From Eukaryota sp. GEM-RC1 (Eukaryota), in contig JAUFOQ010000003.1 of the NCBI GenBank assembly GCA_040285855.1, positions 806,001 through 870,000 of the forward strand: 64,000 bases of DNA, in the 5' to 3' direction. The notes beneath the pieces are model-generated. The model was not told the DNA's origin. It saw nothing but the letters and a program-made list of their open reading frames with translations, and ran no database searches. Positions 51,224 to 63,143 of this stretch are shown in pieces. The translations under genes were made by a program, and so were the position numbers. The number at the start of each line of letters is the position of its first letter. Position 1 is the first letter of the stretch.

Positions 51224-51284
51224 ACGAAAGTATGGAGTGAGATTAAGATAGTTTATGATTGCTATTAGCTATTATATACTTACA
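51201..51284 (-). repeat. 5' LTR (84 bp)
   Basis: Direct repeat of 45050-45133 with 2 mismatches; TGTAAG...CATCA on the minus strand. Confidence 0.93.
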
Positions 51285-52362
51285 GAAGAGAGTTCTGAGG
51301 GGAACAAAATTCGTCGAACTTGAGGAGAAGTTGGAGATTCAATCGGTGCAACTGGTCTAGGTGGTACTTGTGAGTCGACATCGGTGTCAGTGTCGCTGTA
51401 AAACACAGATGAGAGTGAGATGCATTCATGTATATGTCCACAGTACCACCAAGCGATGTATTTGAACAGGGCATTGAGGTTGGACTATAAGAAAACGGTT
51501 GAAACGACAAGTCTTTATTGCACAGCATCGAGAATCGGAGTGGGATTCGACAAAAAGTCGGGCAGCTGAAATTCGACCTTAATGAGAATTTTCCCTCAAT
51601 GGGAGGACTGTAATGGGTCATTGCTCTACTATTTTCTCTCAATTAATTCACCACCATTTTCTTACTCTTTGGTACAGTTGGTTATGAGGTATAACAGACC
51701 ATCAGCAGCTCAGTACCTCTGGCAAATTTATTTTAGGGAAAAGAACTCAAATAACCATTCCATAAAATTTTGGTCCACTTATAACCACAATCAAATCCTC
51801 TTTGTACCTCCTGTATAGCATTAATGGGTACTGCAGAAGTCTTCAGTAATCAATAGAAGCCAGTGCTGCAAGAAGAATGTTATATCCCCGTGATATTGCG
51901 TGAACTAATTCGACGTATGGGTGTGTCCAATGGTTCACAATCTGCAGCATTATGAATCTGTGATTGGAGCTATTAGTGTTGTTGATGGTTCCTCAGATGA
52001 TGACAGTGACTATTCCGACTCTGAAGAAGAAGACTTGGATTCCGATTAGTTTTTGGTTTTGTTGTTGGACTATAAAACAGACCCTTTAGAGCTGAGTACT
52101 CATAGAGATGCCTTGTGTGCAGATAAATCCATGCAAGAGGAAAAGTATGAACAAACATCACACTTTTCTCTTACATGAGACGCAGACTGACAGGAAAAGA
52201 CCGTGAAATAGAAGTTGACAGTCTCTTCTTACGTTATAAAAACATCATTCAGTAGAAGCGACACATGAATGGAGTATGCAGCTTTTATTCATGGATCCAC
52301 TATTTGGAACGAACAAGACACCACTCAGGAGAAGTGAGTATAAGTGTACCAAAATTTTACAG

Positions 52363-53074
52363 CAGTGATGCGAAAAAATGAATTTAATTATAATTAATTA
52401 ATTCTAGCCGCTTAGAATTATAATTAATTAATTGTTACACCTTAGAATTAAAATTAATTAACGCTAAGTAGTAGAATTAATTTTATAATTTCTTGTCGGC
52501 CACACTAAGTCATTTTCACCAATATTCAACAAGAAGGCATTGTTCATTTATACGTGTGTCGAACTATGATCAGCTTAGTGCATATGAGAACCTTACAAAT
52601 ACCTAGTTTGATAGTATAAAAGTGGAAACATTGAAACCTGGACTGCGAAAGCTCAGCAAACACATGATATCGTCAACAAATGCTTAGTGTCTGAGATTTA
52701 AAACGCAAAAACTCGATAACTGGCCAAGAGAATTGACGATTGGTTCATTAAAATCGTAATATCATCTTGGGGTAAGTAAGAGAATCTGTGAGTTCTCTGA
52801 CGAAGCAATTGTTCCATTTCTAGAACACTGATTTTTGGTAGTTTGCTGTAGTCAAATTAATTGTGACTCGGAACTCTCATGAGACAACGGTACTGAATTC
52901 AGTACAATTGACTATAGATAAAAAGCTACTATAGAATTAACTGTAAACAATTGCAATTAATTAATTGTGAGACTGCAGAATTAAAATTAATTAATTGTAG
53001 GCCATAGAAATTAAAATTAATTGAGAGTGTCGAGAATTAATAATTAAATTTAAACTAATTTCTCCACATCACTG
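52363..53074. mobile_element. Non-autonomous hAT-like element (712 bp)
   Basis: Imperfect TIR CAGTGATG(C/T)G(A/G)A(A/G)AAAT; 8-bp TSD ttttacag (52355-52362, 53075-53082); ~30-bp-periodic AGAATTAwAATTAATTAA subterminal repeats. Confidence 0.85.
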
Positions 53075-53089
53075 TTTTACAGTGAATAT

Positions 53090-54126
53090 TAAGGCTGTAA
53101 AAGATATCAGGTCACAGGTCAGGTCAAAGTCTTGACGCTATCTTGACCTGACCTTTGACCCGATGGAAGGTATCTTGACCCGACCTTTGACCTGTTGCTT
53201 GATATCTTGACCTAACCTTTGATCCGATGGTAGGTATCTTGACCTGACCTGTTGCTTGATGTCTTGATCAACTACATTGAGTGTATAATCTGTCGTGTTT
53301 CATAGCTGAATTAGTTGATGCTAAAAAAATAAAGCTGTTTACCAACAGAGTACCACCATTGATGGACAGCCAAATTAATGACTTCAGAAGTAGTAAGTTT
53401 TGTGGTAAAATTTATTGTATGATATATTATTGTTTGATATCTTTTAGCACCCTTGACATTGAAAGTCTTCCTTACCAGATGTGTTTTCACGACTGTTCAC
53501 AGGCTAGTAAACCGGATTGTCCTTGTTACAATCGGATTGGAGAAAAGGAAGTGATGACATTGTGGGGAAGAGGTAAATGTAGTTTTCGAGCACCATATTA
53601 GACTCTAAACTTGTGCTCTAAACTGTAGAGTGTTGTTGAACAATTAAAACTCGTCTAGGTTTATCACATACATGTATTATATTAATGACTTCACTTCAGT
53701 ATGGATCACATTTGAATCACAAGTGATGTGATCAAAAAAAGGCCAGTGTGATCACATGTGTTTGTGATCCACAAGTATGGTTGTGAGTGTAAAGTTGTTC
53801 GTTTTTGTATATTATTATTAATAGTCCAAACTCACAGCTTATTACACAATAATAGTTTTGTACTAGTTTATGTGTGATTTTGAATTAAAGAACATAATCA
53901 ATGAACATCGAAGACTTGAAGGCAGATATCTTGACCTGACCCGAGACCTGATCTAAGATATCTTGACCTGACCCGAGACCTGATCTAAGATATCTTGACC
54001 TGACCCGAGACCCGAGACAAGGTATCTTAGACTGACCCGAGACCCGATGGAAGATATCTTGACCTGACTTGAGACCTGACCTGACCCGAGTTCCGATGAT
54101 CTTATCTTAACTTTTTAACAGCCTTA
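53090..54126. mobile_element. Non-autonomous hAT-like element (1,037 bp)
   Basis: TIR TAAGGCTGT(T)AAAA; 8-bp TSD gtgaatat (53082-53089, 54127-54134); TATCTTGACCTGACC subterminal repeats at both ends. Confidence 0.85.
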
Positions 54127-55122
54127 GTGAATATACATAAAGAGTAAGTGTCATTAACCTTTCATTTTACCATGTGGTTGAGATGTGTCCAAGTCGAAGC
54201 AAATAGGACCACAACCATTTGTGTTTTGAAACTATAAGTAAAAAATCTAAAAATAATAGATATTGTCATCCGCCTGAAGGATTGCTAGCATGTTTGAACT
54301 ACATTTCTTCACCAAAGACATTTATTATGATCTATTTTAGCGGAGGACAACCAATAGCAATAGCAATACTGATCTCTAATGCCGTACAAACAGATGTAAT
54401 GCTTCTTTACAATGATATGAGGCAACAGATCGTCCCACAAACTACGAGCAGAGCTAGCTTGATATTTCTGTTTCTTCTTCGTTCAAAAGCGCAATCCATC
54501 AAATAACTTTATTGAAGCGTTGTTCAACAAAACGGAGTGATCGATATTCACACGTTAAATCTATGTATTCAAATTTGTCAAAGCTTGAAGAAGCTGCATC
54601 AGATAATATCATATAAATATTGTAGTGGAAAGGTTGAGAAGCGTTAACTGGATTAATCACTCTAAAACAGCATCTTGAAATCAGAACAAGTCTTCCCCAA
54701 TTTATATACTTTTTCATTTTTCTCATCAGATTCAAACATTGTGTGAAACTTTGGGCAATTACCATTTGATAGCTTCTTATGTGTACTAGTCCTGATTGTA
54801 AGTACATTTAAAATAATCGTTCAACTACCACACTATTGGGAGTATACAATAGGAAACCTAGGGAATACCCAAAATTTAAATAATTGGACGGTATTAAGAA
54901 GTTTTCACCGCGAGTAAATATCAGTACCAGTTTGGTCTCGTGTGAATACAATCATAGTGTTTCAGAAATGTAACTAGATGAGCTAAGTATGGCACGATAT
55001 TCTGTGTGATGTTTACAATGCTGTGCACTTGTGATTCGACCTGCACAACAACACATGACGTCATGACACGTCATGTTATTTTCTGGTTCCTTCCAGTTAA
55101 CTTACTCATTTTCCCTATACCA

Positions 55123-56763
55123 ATGACAAACCTTCTACCATATCCGCTTATTTCTCCTCGAGATCATCGTAACAGATACATCAAAGGCATCACGCTGTTT
55201 TTTTGCTTCATCTTTCTTGCAGCTGCATTTTTCGTAGCTCTCATTCTCTTTGCAAAGTCAAACCAAGACCCCGATTTTCTAGATTTTCTGTACTTTGCTG
55301 ATGGAAACTACGGTTATGATCGTCAAATTGATCTCATTCGTAAGGTGGAATATCCAAACTTGAAATCTGTCACGTACATGGACTACGCAGCTGCTGGCAT
55401 CCCATCATCTGCACATGCTGATTTCATTCAGCAAAAGCTAATGTCATCTGTCTTCCCCAATCCCCATTCCGCCTCCTCAGAGAAATACCAAGAAACACGT
55501 GACTTCATTCTTTCTCTTTTCAATGCTCGAGATCAGTACAATATTGTCTTTACTTCAGGAGCCACTCAAGCCATTGACTTGGTTGGTCTATCCCTGTCTT
55601 GGTCAAACTATTCACTTTTCCTTTACTCTACTGATAACCACATCTCTGTCCTAGGAATCCGTGAGTATCTCCCCAAAAGTCAATGGAAGTCTGTTGACTA
55701 TGACGATCTTCTTGCCACCGCCCTCGCTCACAACCTCTGGTTATCACAACAACCAACTGACACGTCATCAACCGTCAATCTCTTAGCTTTCCCTGCCCAA
55801 TCTAACTTCCATGGAGTTCTTTATCCTTATACATTCCTCATGTCTGAAATCAACAATGATGCAAGGAGCAAGGGACTTTCAGATTGGTTGTTGTTATATG
55901 ATGCTGCTTCTTTTGTTACTAGCCACCATCTTGATTTGGGGGTTGAAGATAGTCCTTCTTTTGTTCCAATTTCCTTTTATAAAATGATTGGATATCCGAC
56001 CGGGATTGGAGCTCTAATAATCAAAAAGTCGTTGATTGAAGATTTTTCCCGTGATTATTTTGGCGGTGGTAGCGTCGTTCTAGCTTTACCAGAGCATGAT
56101 GTTTTCATTAGAAAAGGTAATCATGAAGAAAGAATTGAGGTCGGTTCTATATCGTTTATTGACATTTTATTACTTGAAAATGGTTTTACTCTGCGTGAAA
56201 TTCTTGGAATTGGCGCAATTGACAAACACACCACTTCTTTGACACAGTGGCTTGTAAAGCAGTTACGTAACTTGACTCATTCTAATGGAGAGAAAATGGT
56301 GGTTCTGTATGGCAATCATCAGGAAGTTGAAGACAAGGTTGTGATTGAAGGGAATACTAACGGTCCAATCATTACGTTTACATTGATGGGAAATGATGGG
56401 AAACCAATTCATCAGTCAAAAGTCCAAAGCCATGCTCAAAAATCTTCAATCTATGTCAGAACAGGGGCTCTTTGCAATCATGGAGCTTTCGCTCGAGCAG
56501 TTGATGTCCCTGAGAAAGAAATGCATGATAGATTTGTCGAAGGTTGCAGTTGTGATGAAGGAAGGTGTTGGAAAGTTCCTGAATTTGAAACAGTTTCAAA
56601 GTACTTCAACGTTAGCAATAAGTGTTGGCCTGATTATTATAAGGACTTTAAGCCTACTGGTACTGTTAGAGTTTCACTTGGAATTGTCTCAAGTTTTTCA
56701 GATATTCAGAAGTTTTTGAAATTTGTTCGTCAGTTCCAGAACAAGTCCAGTTCTCATTTTTAA
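55123..56763 (+). CDS. Molybdenum cofactor sulfurase-like PLP enzyme (NifS-like domain only) with N-terminal TM anchor
   Basis: YMDYAA, NPHS, FTSGAT, PAQSNF, DAASF, SFYKMIGYPTGIGAL, RTGALCNHG and GTVRVSLG motifs; no C-terminal MOSC domain; hydrophobic ITLFFCFIFLAAAFFVALILF. Confidence 0.85.
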   Translation: MTNLLPYPLISPRDHRNRYIKGITLFFCFIFLAAAFFVALILFAKSNQDPDFLDFLYFADGNYGYDRQIDLIRKVEYPNLKSVTYMDYAAAGIPSSAHADFIQQKLMSSVFPNPHSASSEKYQETRDFILSLFNARDQYNIVFTSGATQAIDLVGLSLSWSNYSLFLYSTDNHISVLGIREYLPKSQWKSVDYDDLLATALAHNLWLSQQPTDTSSTVNLLAFPAQSNFHGVLYPYTFLMSEINNDARSKGLSDWLLLYDAASFVTSHHLDLGVEDSPSFVPISFYKMIGYPTGIGALIIKKSLIEDFSRDYFGGGSVVLALPEHDVFIRKGNHEERIEVGSISFIDILLLENGFTLREILGIGAIDKHTTSLTQWLVKQLRNLTHSNGEKMVVLYGNHQEVEDKVVIEGNTNGPIITFTLMGNDGKPIHQSKVQSHAQKSSIYVRTGALCNHGAFARAVDVPEKEMHDRFVEGCSCDEGRCWKVPEFETVSKYFNVSNKCWPDYYKDFKPTGTVRVSLGIVSSFSDIQKFLKFVRQFQNKSSSHF

Positions 56764-58030
56764 AAAATGGTGGTTTGTGAGGTTTTAGTCTAATTTTTGT
56801 GTATGTATATAGTGTTTTCTTTGTGGTTTAGTTGTAAAAGAAAGGTTTTTTTTAATGTTCGTGATTTGTATGTTTGTTGTGTATCAGCATATACTTGATT
56901 GCATCTATGAATCGCGTTTTTGTGATCAATTTTGCAATATTGTACTTGGATAATTAAATTTCGTTTACACAATTGACCCAAATTGCATGAAATCCTGACA
57001 TCATTCGATTCTGTTGCAGGGAATTAATGTTGTTCTAAAAATCAGTGCTTCAGTTTAAGTCATCTCGTTTGGTATTATCTGTAAACTAAGTGAGCAGTAA
57101 TATCATTTCTTTGAGATTGGTCGACCTCTAGTAACTGTGTTTCGTCAATCACATTACTATAAAACTCCCTTTATTTTCCTATGCAAATCAAGATCATCAT
57201 CAGTAATAACAAACGAGATACTAATGACTATGACTATTTGATGTAACTTTTACATCTTCACTAATAGTATGAACCGTTTCACCACCTTTTTGAACTGAAC
57301 TGAACCGGTGCTGAACCATCGTTCGGTCTAATAAACGAAATCAATTAAAAACTGCAACTCAAATTTGTCAGTAAATTGAATGAAAGCAATATATTATCAG
57401 CTTGAAAATGAAGTTCTTTCCTAATCTAGGTTTGACTTAAGCCATGATTGTAAGAGATTGAACAGACTCTTCACTCAATTTGGCCCTCTTCTTATTGGCA
57501 ATAAGTCCACCAAGTGAAAGTAAACGTTGAGAGGCAATACTATTGGGTTAAACTTAAGCATTCATGTCATGGGAAGATTTTGAGAAGGTAGTAAAGTATA
57601 GAAGATATCAATATACATAGACTTCCTCGAGACGATTTTGATTGTTTTACCTCACTAATACCGTTTCATAAAATCATCTTCTAGGATAATTATAGTTCTA
57701 TGTGTTCAAACTTCCAAAAACGGATCGGTTCAATCGGTTCAGAACCGTTTCAGACACACTTGAACTGAATCATTTAACATCCCTAGTATATATACACTTT
57801 GAACAACAGTTTGCTTAACTTAGGATACACGTGATGACGTTCAGGTGCACATGATTGTGAATACGTCTAAATCAAGCTGGTCGGATGAAACTGGATGGAA
57901 ACCAATCAGAATGATGTACAATCACGTAACAAAGTTATCATGAGCAAAGTAAAGGGAAATGATGAAAATCGAAAACTGTTCTCTGAAAGTCCTGGGAAGA
58001 GGCAAAAATTTCAAAATTTCAGGAATTCTT

Positions 58031-59157
58031 ATGACCATGAATTCAAACCTCTTTTCTTGCTCGAACGAAAACCGCCCTTTTCCAAAGAACTTACCCTCTC
58101 CCATTGTAACGATTCCCTGTGTTGCAGACACTAATAGCCAAGGATCATCCAATGCTAAACCATTGACCAAGCGACCTCCGTTAACCCCAGAAGTGATTCT
58201 GTCACTGAAACGAAGAACCAAACCACTTCCAAGAAGGACCGTACTAAACATTACAGCGATTCTTCAGACTCACACCAAGGCAGTCAAAACAAAGAAGCAG
58301 AAACACAATACTCAAAAATTGGACTCTTGGAACTTTCGAGATCCAGCTGTTTCTCTTTTCAAAAGAGCAATCCCAATGCCTACAACATTACTGAAGAACG
58401 ACAAAAGGTGGCACGTGATGCTCTTTTAGCTACTACCAAGGAGATCAAAGGACTCCTGAATAAGTTGTCTGATGCTAATCATGAGTCTATTCTAAACCAG
58501 TTGTACTTACTGCTATCAGGACACGACCCAATCTCAAGAAACCTTTCTCCACAGCAACTGGCTCAAACTAGAACAGTATTTGCCGAGCTTCTCTACAAGA
58601 AGGCTGTTTCAGAACCAACTTTCATAGATCTGTATTGTCGTTTGTGCAAGGCATTGACACACAGATTTGACACAATAGCTCACGAAATCATCAACCAATG
58701 CCGGCTACTCTTTGAAAGCTTCTTTGTTCATGATGCTTCTCTCTCAGACCAAGTAGGTCAGAATCTGCAACGACTGAAGAAGACTCTTGCCACTAACAAC
58801 CACACCCCTAGTGATTCTCAATTGAAGGCAGAACAGTTCTTTTCTGAAGAGAAGTTGAAGTCTCAGCTTCAGACCAACATGCAGTTGGCAGCTTCGCTAC
58901 TTCTTCACGGAGTTATCTCTGTAAAGGTGGCAAACTTCATTACTGATGTGCTGATACGAAACTATCAGAAGCGCTTCGCTGTTGAAGCTCTGATAACGTT
59001 CTGGTCCAAAATCTTGGACCGCGCTCCAGTTAATGGATATATTGAATCGTTGGCAGTTCAAATATCTCGCTTCTCAAAAGACAAAAATATTGTAGTGAGA
59101 GAACGTATGTTGTGTCTGAATTGGCTGGATCTCTTTTCTGCTAGAAAGGACATGTAG
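58031..59157 (+). CDS. eIF4G-like MIF4G-domain protein, copy 1 (frameshift ~58357)
   Basis: KEIKGLLNKLS, LYKKAVSEPTFIDLYCRLC and IINQCRLLFE are MIF4G hallmarks; the Pro/Lys-rich N-terminus lies in the overlapping ORF. Confidence 0.8.
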
Positions 59158-59734
59158 ATCTAGTTCTTGTTCATTTTTAGTGCACTTGTAATATATTCTC
59201 CTTCTTTTAAATGTTCCTGATCAAACAACAGTCTCGGCGCTTTACATTGATCAGGATTTGGCGTTATCTTCTGCCCAGTTGGGGATATTGCTATTATAAC
59301 TTGACATTATTAACATGAGGTGTTGTACTACGTGCTTGCTACTACTACGAAAACCATGAAAACAGTTCTAGATTCTCTGCTGGTGGATTTTAGTGTTCAG
59401 TATTTGTCATCATTTCTATGAAAATGGTTGCCTTTGAGTTTACACTTGTTTCATAAACCACATTGCTACGTGATATACGTAAAAAATCATTTACATTTAC
59501 AACAACAGTTTGTCTGACATTCGATGCAAGTGACGATGCAAAAGAGATCTTGATTGGGACTACGTCTAAATCAAGACGGTTGGATGAATTTGACTTGGAA
59601 AACCAATGGGAGTGAGGGACAATCAATCACGTATCAAAGTTCACGTCATTTAATAACGGGATATGATGAAAATGTAAAATTTGTCTCTGAAAGTCCTGGG
59701 AAGTGGCAAGAATTTCAAAATTTTAGGAATTCTT

Positions 59735-60861
59735 ATGATCATGAATTCAAACCTCTTTTCTTGCTTGAACGAAAACCGCCCTGTTCCAAAGAACTTACCC
59801 TCTCCCATTGTAACGATTCCTTGTGTTGCAGATACTAGTAGCCAAAGATCACCCGAGACTAAACCATTGACCAAGCGACCTCCGTTAACCCCAGAAGTGA
59901 TTCTGTCACTGAAACGAAGAACCAAACCACTTCCAAGAAGGACCGTACTAAACATTACAGCGATTCTTAGGACTCACACCAAGGCAGTCAAAGCAAAGAA
60001 GCAGAAACACAATACTCAAAAATTGGACTCTTGGAACTTTCGAGATCCAGCTGTTTCTCTTTTCAAAAGAGCAATCCCAATGCCTACAACATTACTGAAG
60101 AACGACAAAAGGTGGCACGTGATGCTCTTTTAGCTACTACCAAGGAGATCAAAGGACTCCTGAATAAGTTGTCTGATGCTAATCATGAGTCTATTCTAAA
60201 CCAGTTGTACTTACTGCTATCAGGACACGACCCAATCTCAAGAAACCTTTCTCCACAGCAACTGGCTCAAACTAGAACAGTATTTGCCGAGCTTCTCTAC
60301 AAGAAGGCTGTTTCAGAACCAACTTTCATAGATCTGTATTGTCGTTTGTGCAAGGCATTGACACACAGATTTGACACAATAGCTCACGAAATCATCAACC
60401 AATGCCGGCTACACTTTGAAAGCTTCTTTGTTCATGATGCTTCTCTCTCAGACCAAGTAGGTCAGAATCTGCAACGACTGAAGAAGACTCTTGCCACTAA
60501 CAACCACACCCCTAGTGATTCTCAATTGAAGGCAGAACAGTTCTTTTCTGAAGAGAAGTTGAAGTCTCAGCTTCAGACCAACATGCAGTTGGCAGCTTCG
60601 CTACTTCTTCACGGAGTTATCTCTGTAAAGGTGGCAAACTTCATTACTGATGTGCTGATACGAAACTATCAGAAGCGCTTCGCTGTTGAAGCTCTGATAA
60701 CGTTCTGGTCCAAAATCTTGGACCGCGCTCCAGTTAATGGATATATTGAATCGTTGGCAGTTCAAATATCTCGCTTCTCAAAAGACAAAAATATTGTAGT
60801 GAGAGAACGTATGTTGTGTCTGAATTGGCTGGATCTCTTTTCTGCTAGAAAGGACATGTAG
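59735..60861 (+). CDS. eIF4G-like MIF4G-domain protein, copy 2
   Basis: Near-identical to copy 1, offset 1704 bp. Confidence 0.8.
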
Positions 60862-61439
60862 ATTTAGTTCTTGTTCATTTTTAGTGCACTTGTAATATAT
60901 TCTCCTTCTTTTAAATGTTCCTGATCAAACAACAGTCTCGGCGCTTTACATTGATCAGGATTTGGCGTTATCTTCTGCCCAGTTGGGGATATTGCTATTA
61001 TAACTTGACATTATTAACATGAGGTGTTGTACTACGTGCTTGCTACTACTACGAAAACCATGAAAACAGTTCTAGATTCTCTGCTGGTGGATTTTAGTGT
61101 TCAGTATTTGTCATCATTTCTATGAAAATGGTTGCTTTTGAGTTTACACTTGTTTCATAAACCACATTGCTACGTGATATACGTAAAAAAATCATATACA
61201 TTTACAACAACAGTTTGTCTGACATTCGATGCAAGTGACGATGCAAAAGAGATCTTGATTGGGACTACGTCTAAATCAAGACGGTTGGATGAATTTGACT
61301 TGGAAAACCAATGGGAGTGAGGGACAATCAATCACGTATCAAAGTTCACGTCATTTAATAAAGGGATATGATGAAAATGTAAAATTTGTCTCTGAAAGTC
61401 CTGGGAAGTGGCAAGAATTTCAAAATTTTAGGAATTCTT

Positions 61440-62566
61440 ATGATCATGAATTCAAACCTCTTTTCTTGCTTGAATGAAAACCGCCCTGTTCCAAAGAACT
61501 TACCCTCTCCCATTGTAACGATTCCTTGTGTTGCAGATACTAGTAGCCAAAGATCACCCGAGACTAAACCATTGACCAAGCGACCTCCGTTAACCCCAGA
61601 AGTGATTCTGTCACTGAAACGAAGAACCAAACCACTTCCAAGAAGGACCGTACTAAACATTACAGCGATTCTTAGGACTCACACCAAGGCAGTCAAAACA
61701 AAGAAGCAGAAACACAATACTCAAAAATTGGACTCTTGGAACTTTCGAGATCCAGCTGTTTCTCTTTTCAAAAGAGCAATCCCAATGCCTACAACATTAC
61801 TGAAGAACGACAAAAGGTGGCACGTGATGCTCTTTTAGCTGCAAAAAAGGAGATCAAAGGACAATTGAACAAGTTGTCTGATGCTAATCATGAGTCTATT
61901 CTAAACCAGTTGTACTTACTGCTATCAGGACACGACCCAATCTCAAGAAACCTTTCTCCACAGCAACTGGCTCAAACTAGAACAGTATTTGCCGAGCTTC
62001 TCTACAAGAAGGCTGTTTCAGAACCAACTTTCATAGATCTGTATTGTCGTTTGTGCAAGGCATTGACACACAGATTTGACACAATAGCTCACGAAATCAT
62101 CAACCAATGCCGGCTACACTTTGAAAGCTTCTTTGTTCATGATGCTTCTCTCTCAGACCAAGTAGGTCAGAATCTGCAACGACTGAAGAAGACTCTTGCC
62201 ACTAACAACCACACCCCTAGTGATTCTCAATTGAAGGCAGAACAGTTCTTTTCTGAAGAGAAGTTGAAGTCTCAGCTTCAGACCAACATGCAGTTGGCAG
62301 CTTCGCTACTTCTTCACGGAGTTATCTCTGTAAAGGTGGCAAACTTCATTACTGATGTGCTGATACGAAACTATCAGAAGCGCTTCGCTGTTGAAGCTCT
62401 GATAACGTTCTGGTCCAAAATCTTGGACCGCGCTCCAGTTAATGGATATATTGAATCGTTGGCAGTTCAAATATCTCGCTTCTCAAAAGACAAAAATATT
62501 GTAGTGAGAGAACGTATGTTGTGTCTGAATTGGCTGGATCTCTTTTCTGCTAGAAAGGACATGTAG
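61440..62566 (+). CDS. eIF4G-like MIF4G-domain protein, copy 3
   Basis: Near-identical, with a local variant AAKKEIKGQLNK. Confidence 0.8.
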
Positions 62567-63143
62567 ATTTAGTTCTTGTTCATTTTTAGTGCACTTGTAA
62601 TATATTCTCCTTCTTTTAAATGTTCCTGATCAAAAAACAGTCTCGGCGCTTTACATTGATCAGGATTTGGCGTTATCTTCTGCCCAGTTGGGGATATTGA
62701 TATTATAACTTGACATTATTAACATGAGGTGTTGTACTACGTGCTTGCTACTACTACGAAAACCATGAAAACAGTTCTAGATTCTCTGCTGGTGGATTTT
62801 AGTGTTCAGTATTTGTCATCATTTCTATGAAAATGGTTGCTTTTGAGTTTACACTTGTTTCATAAACCACATTGCTACGTGATATACGTAAAAAATCATA
62901 TACATTTACAACAACAGTTTGTCTGACATTCGATGCAAGTGACGATGCAAAAGAGATCTTGATTGGGACTACGTCTAAATCAAGACGGTTGGATGAATTT
63001 GACTTGGAAAACCAATGGGAGTGAGGGACAATCAATCACGTATCAAAGTTCACGTCATTTAATAAAGGGATATGATGAAAATGTAAAATTTGTCTCTGAA
63101 AGTCCTGGGAAGTGGCAAGAATTTCAAAATTTTAGGAATTCTT

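Larger units (their letters stand above)
45050..51284 (-). mobile_element. Full-length Ty3/Gypsy LTR retrotransposon (6,235 bp), probable chromodomain integrase
   Basis: 84-bp TG...CA LTRs; 4-bp TSD gaag (45046-45049, 51285-51288); PPT adjacent to the 3' LTR. Domain order Gag (CCHC) - PR (DSGA) - RT (YLDD) - RH (DAS) - IN (HHCC, SDNGPEF, NGLVER) - chromo-like tail. Confidence 0.95.

Noticed and set aside
52380..53060. ~30-bp periodic AATTAATT repeats with variable spacers resembling a CRISPR array
   Set aside because: Spacers are only ~10 nt, there are no cas genes, the context is eukaryotic, and the repeats lie at both ends of a TIR/TSD-bounded element, so they are subterminal repeats.
55054..55075. 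TGACGTCA palindrome upstream of the MOCOS-like gene
   Set aside because: A single short motif with no supporting evidence of function.
57260..57785. GAACCG/CGGTTC repeats ending in a hAT-like terminus (aacatcccta)
   Set aside because: No matching left TIR or TSD found; probably a degraded element.
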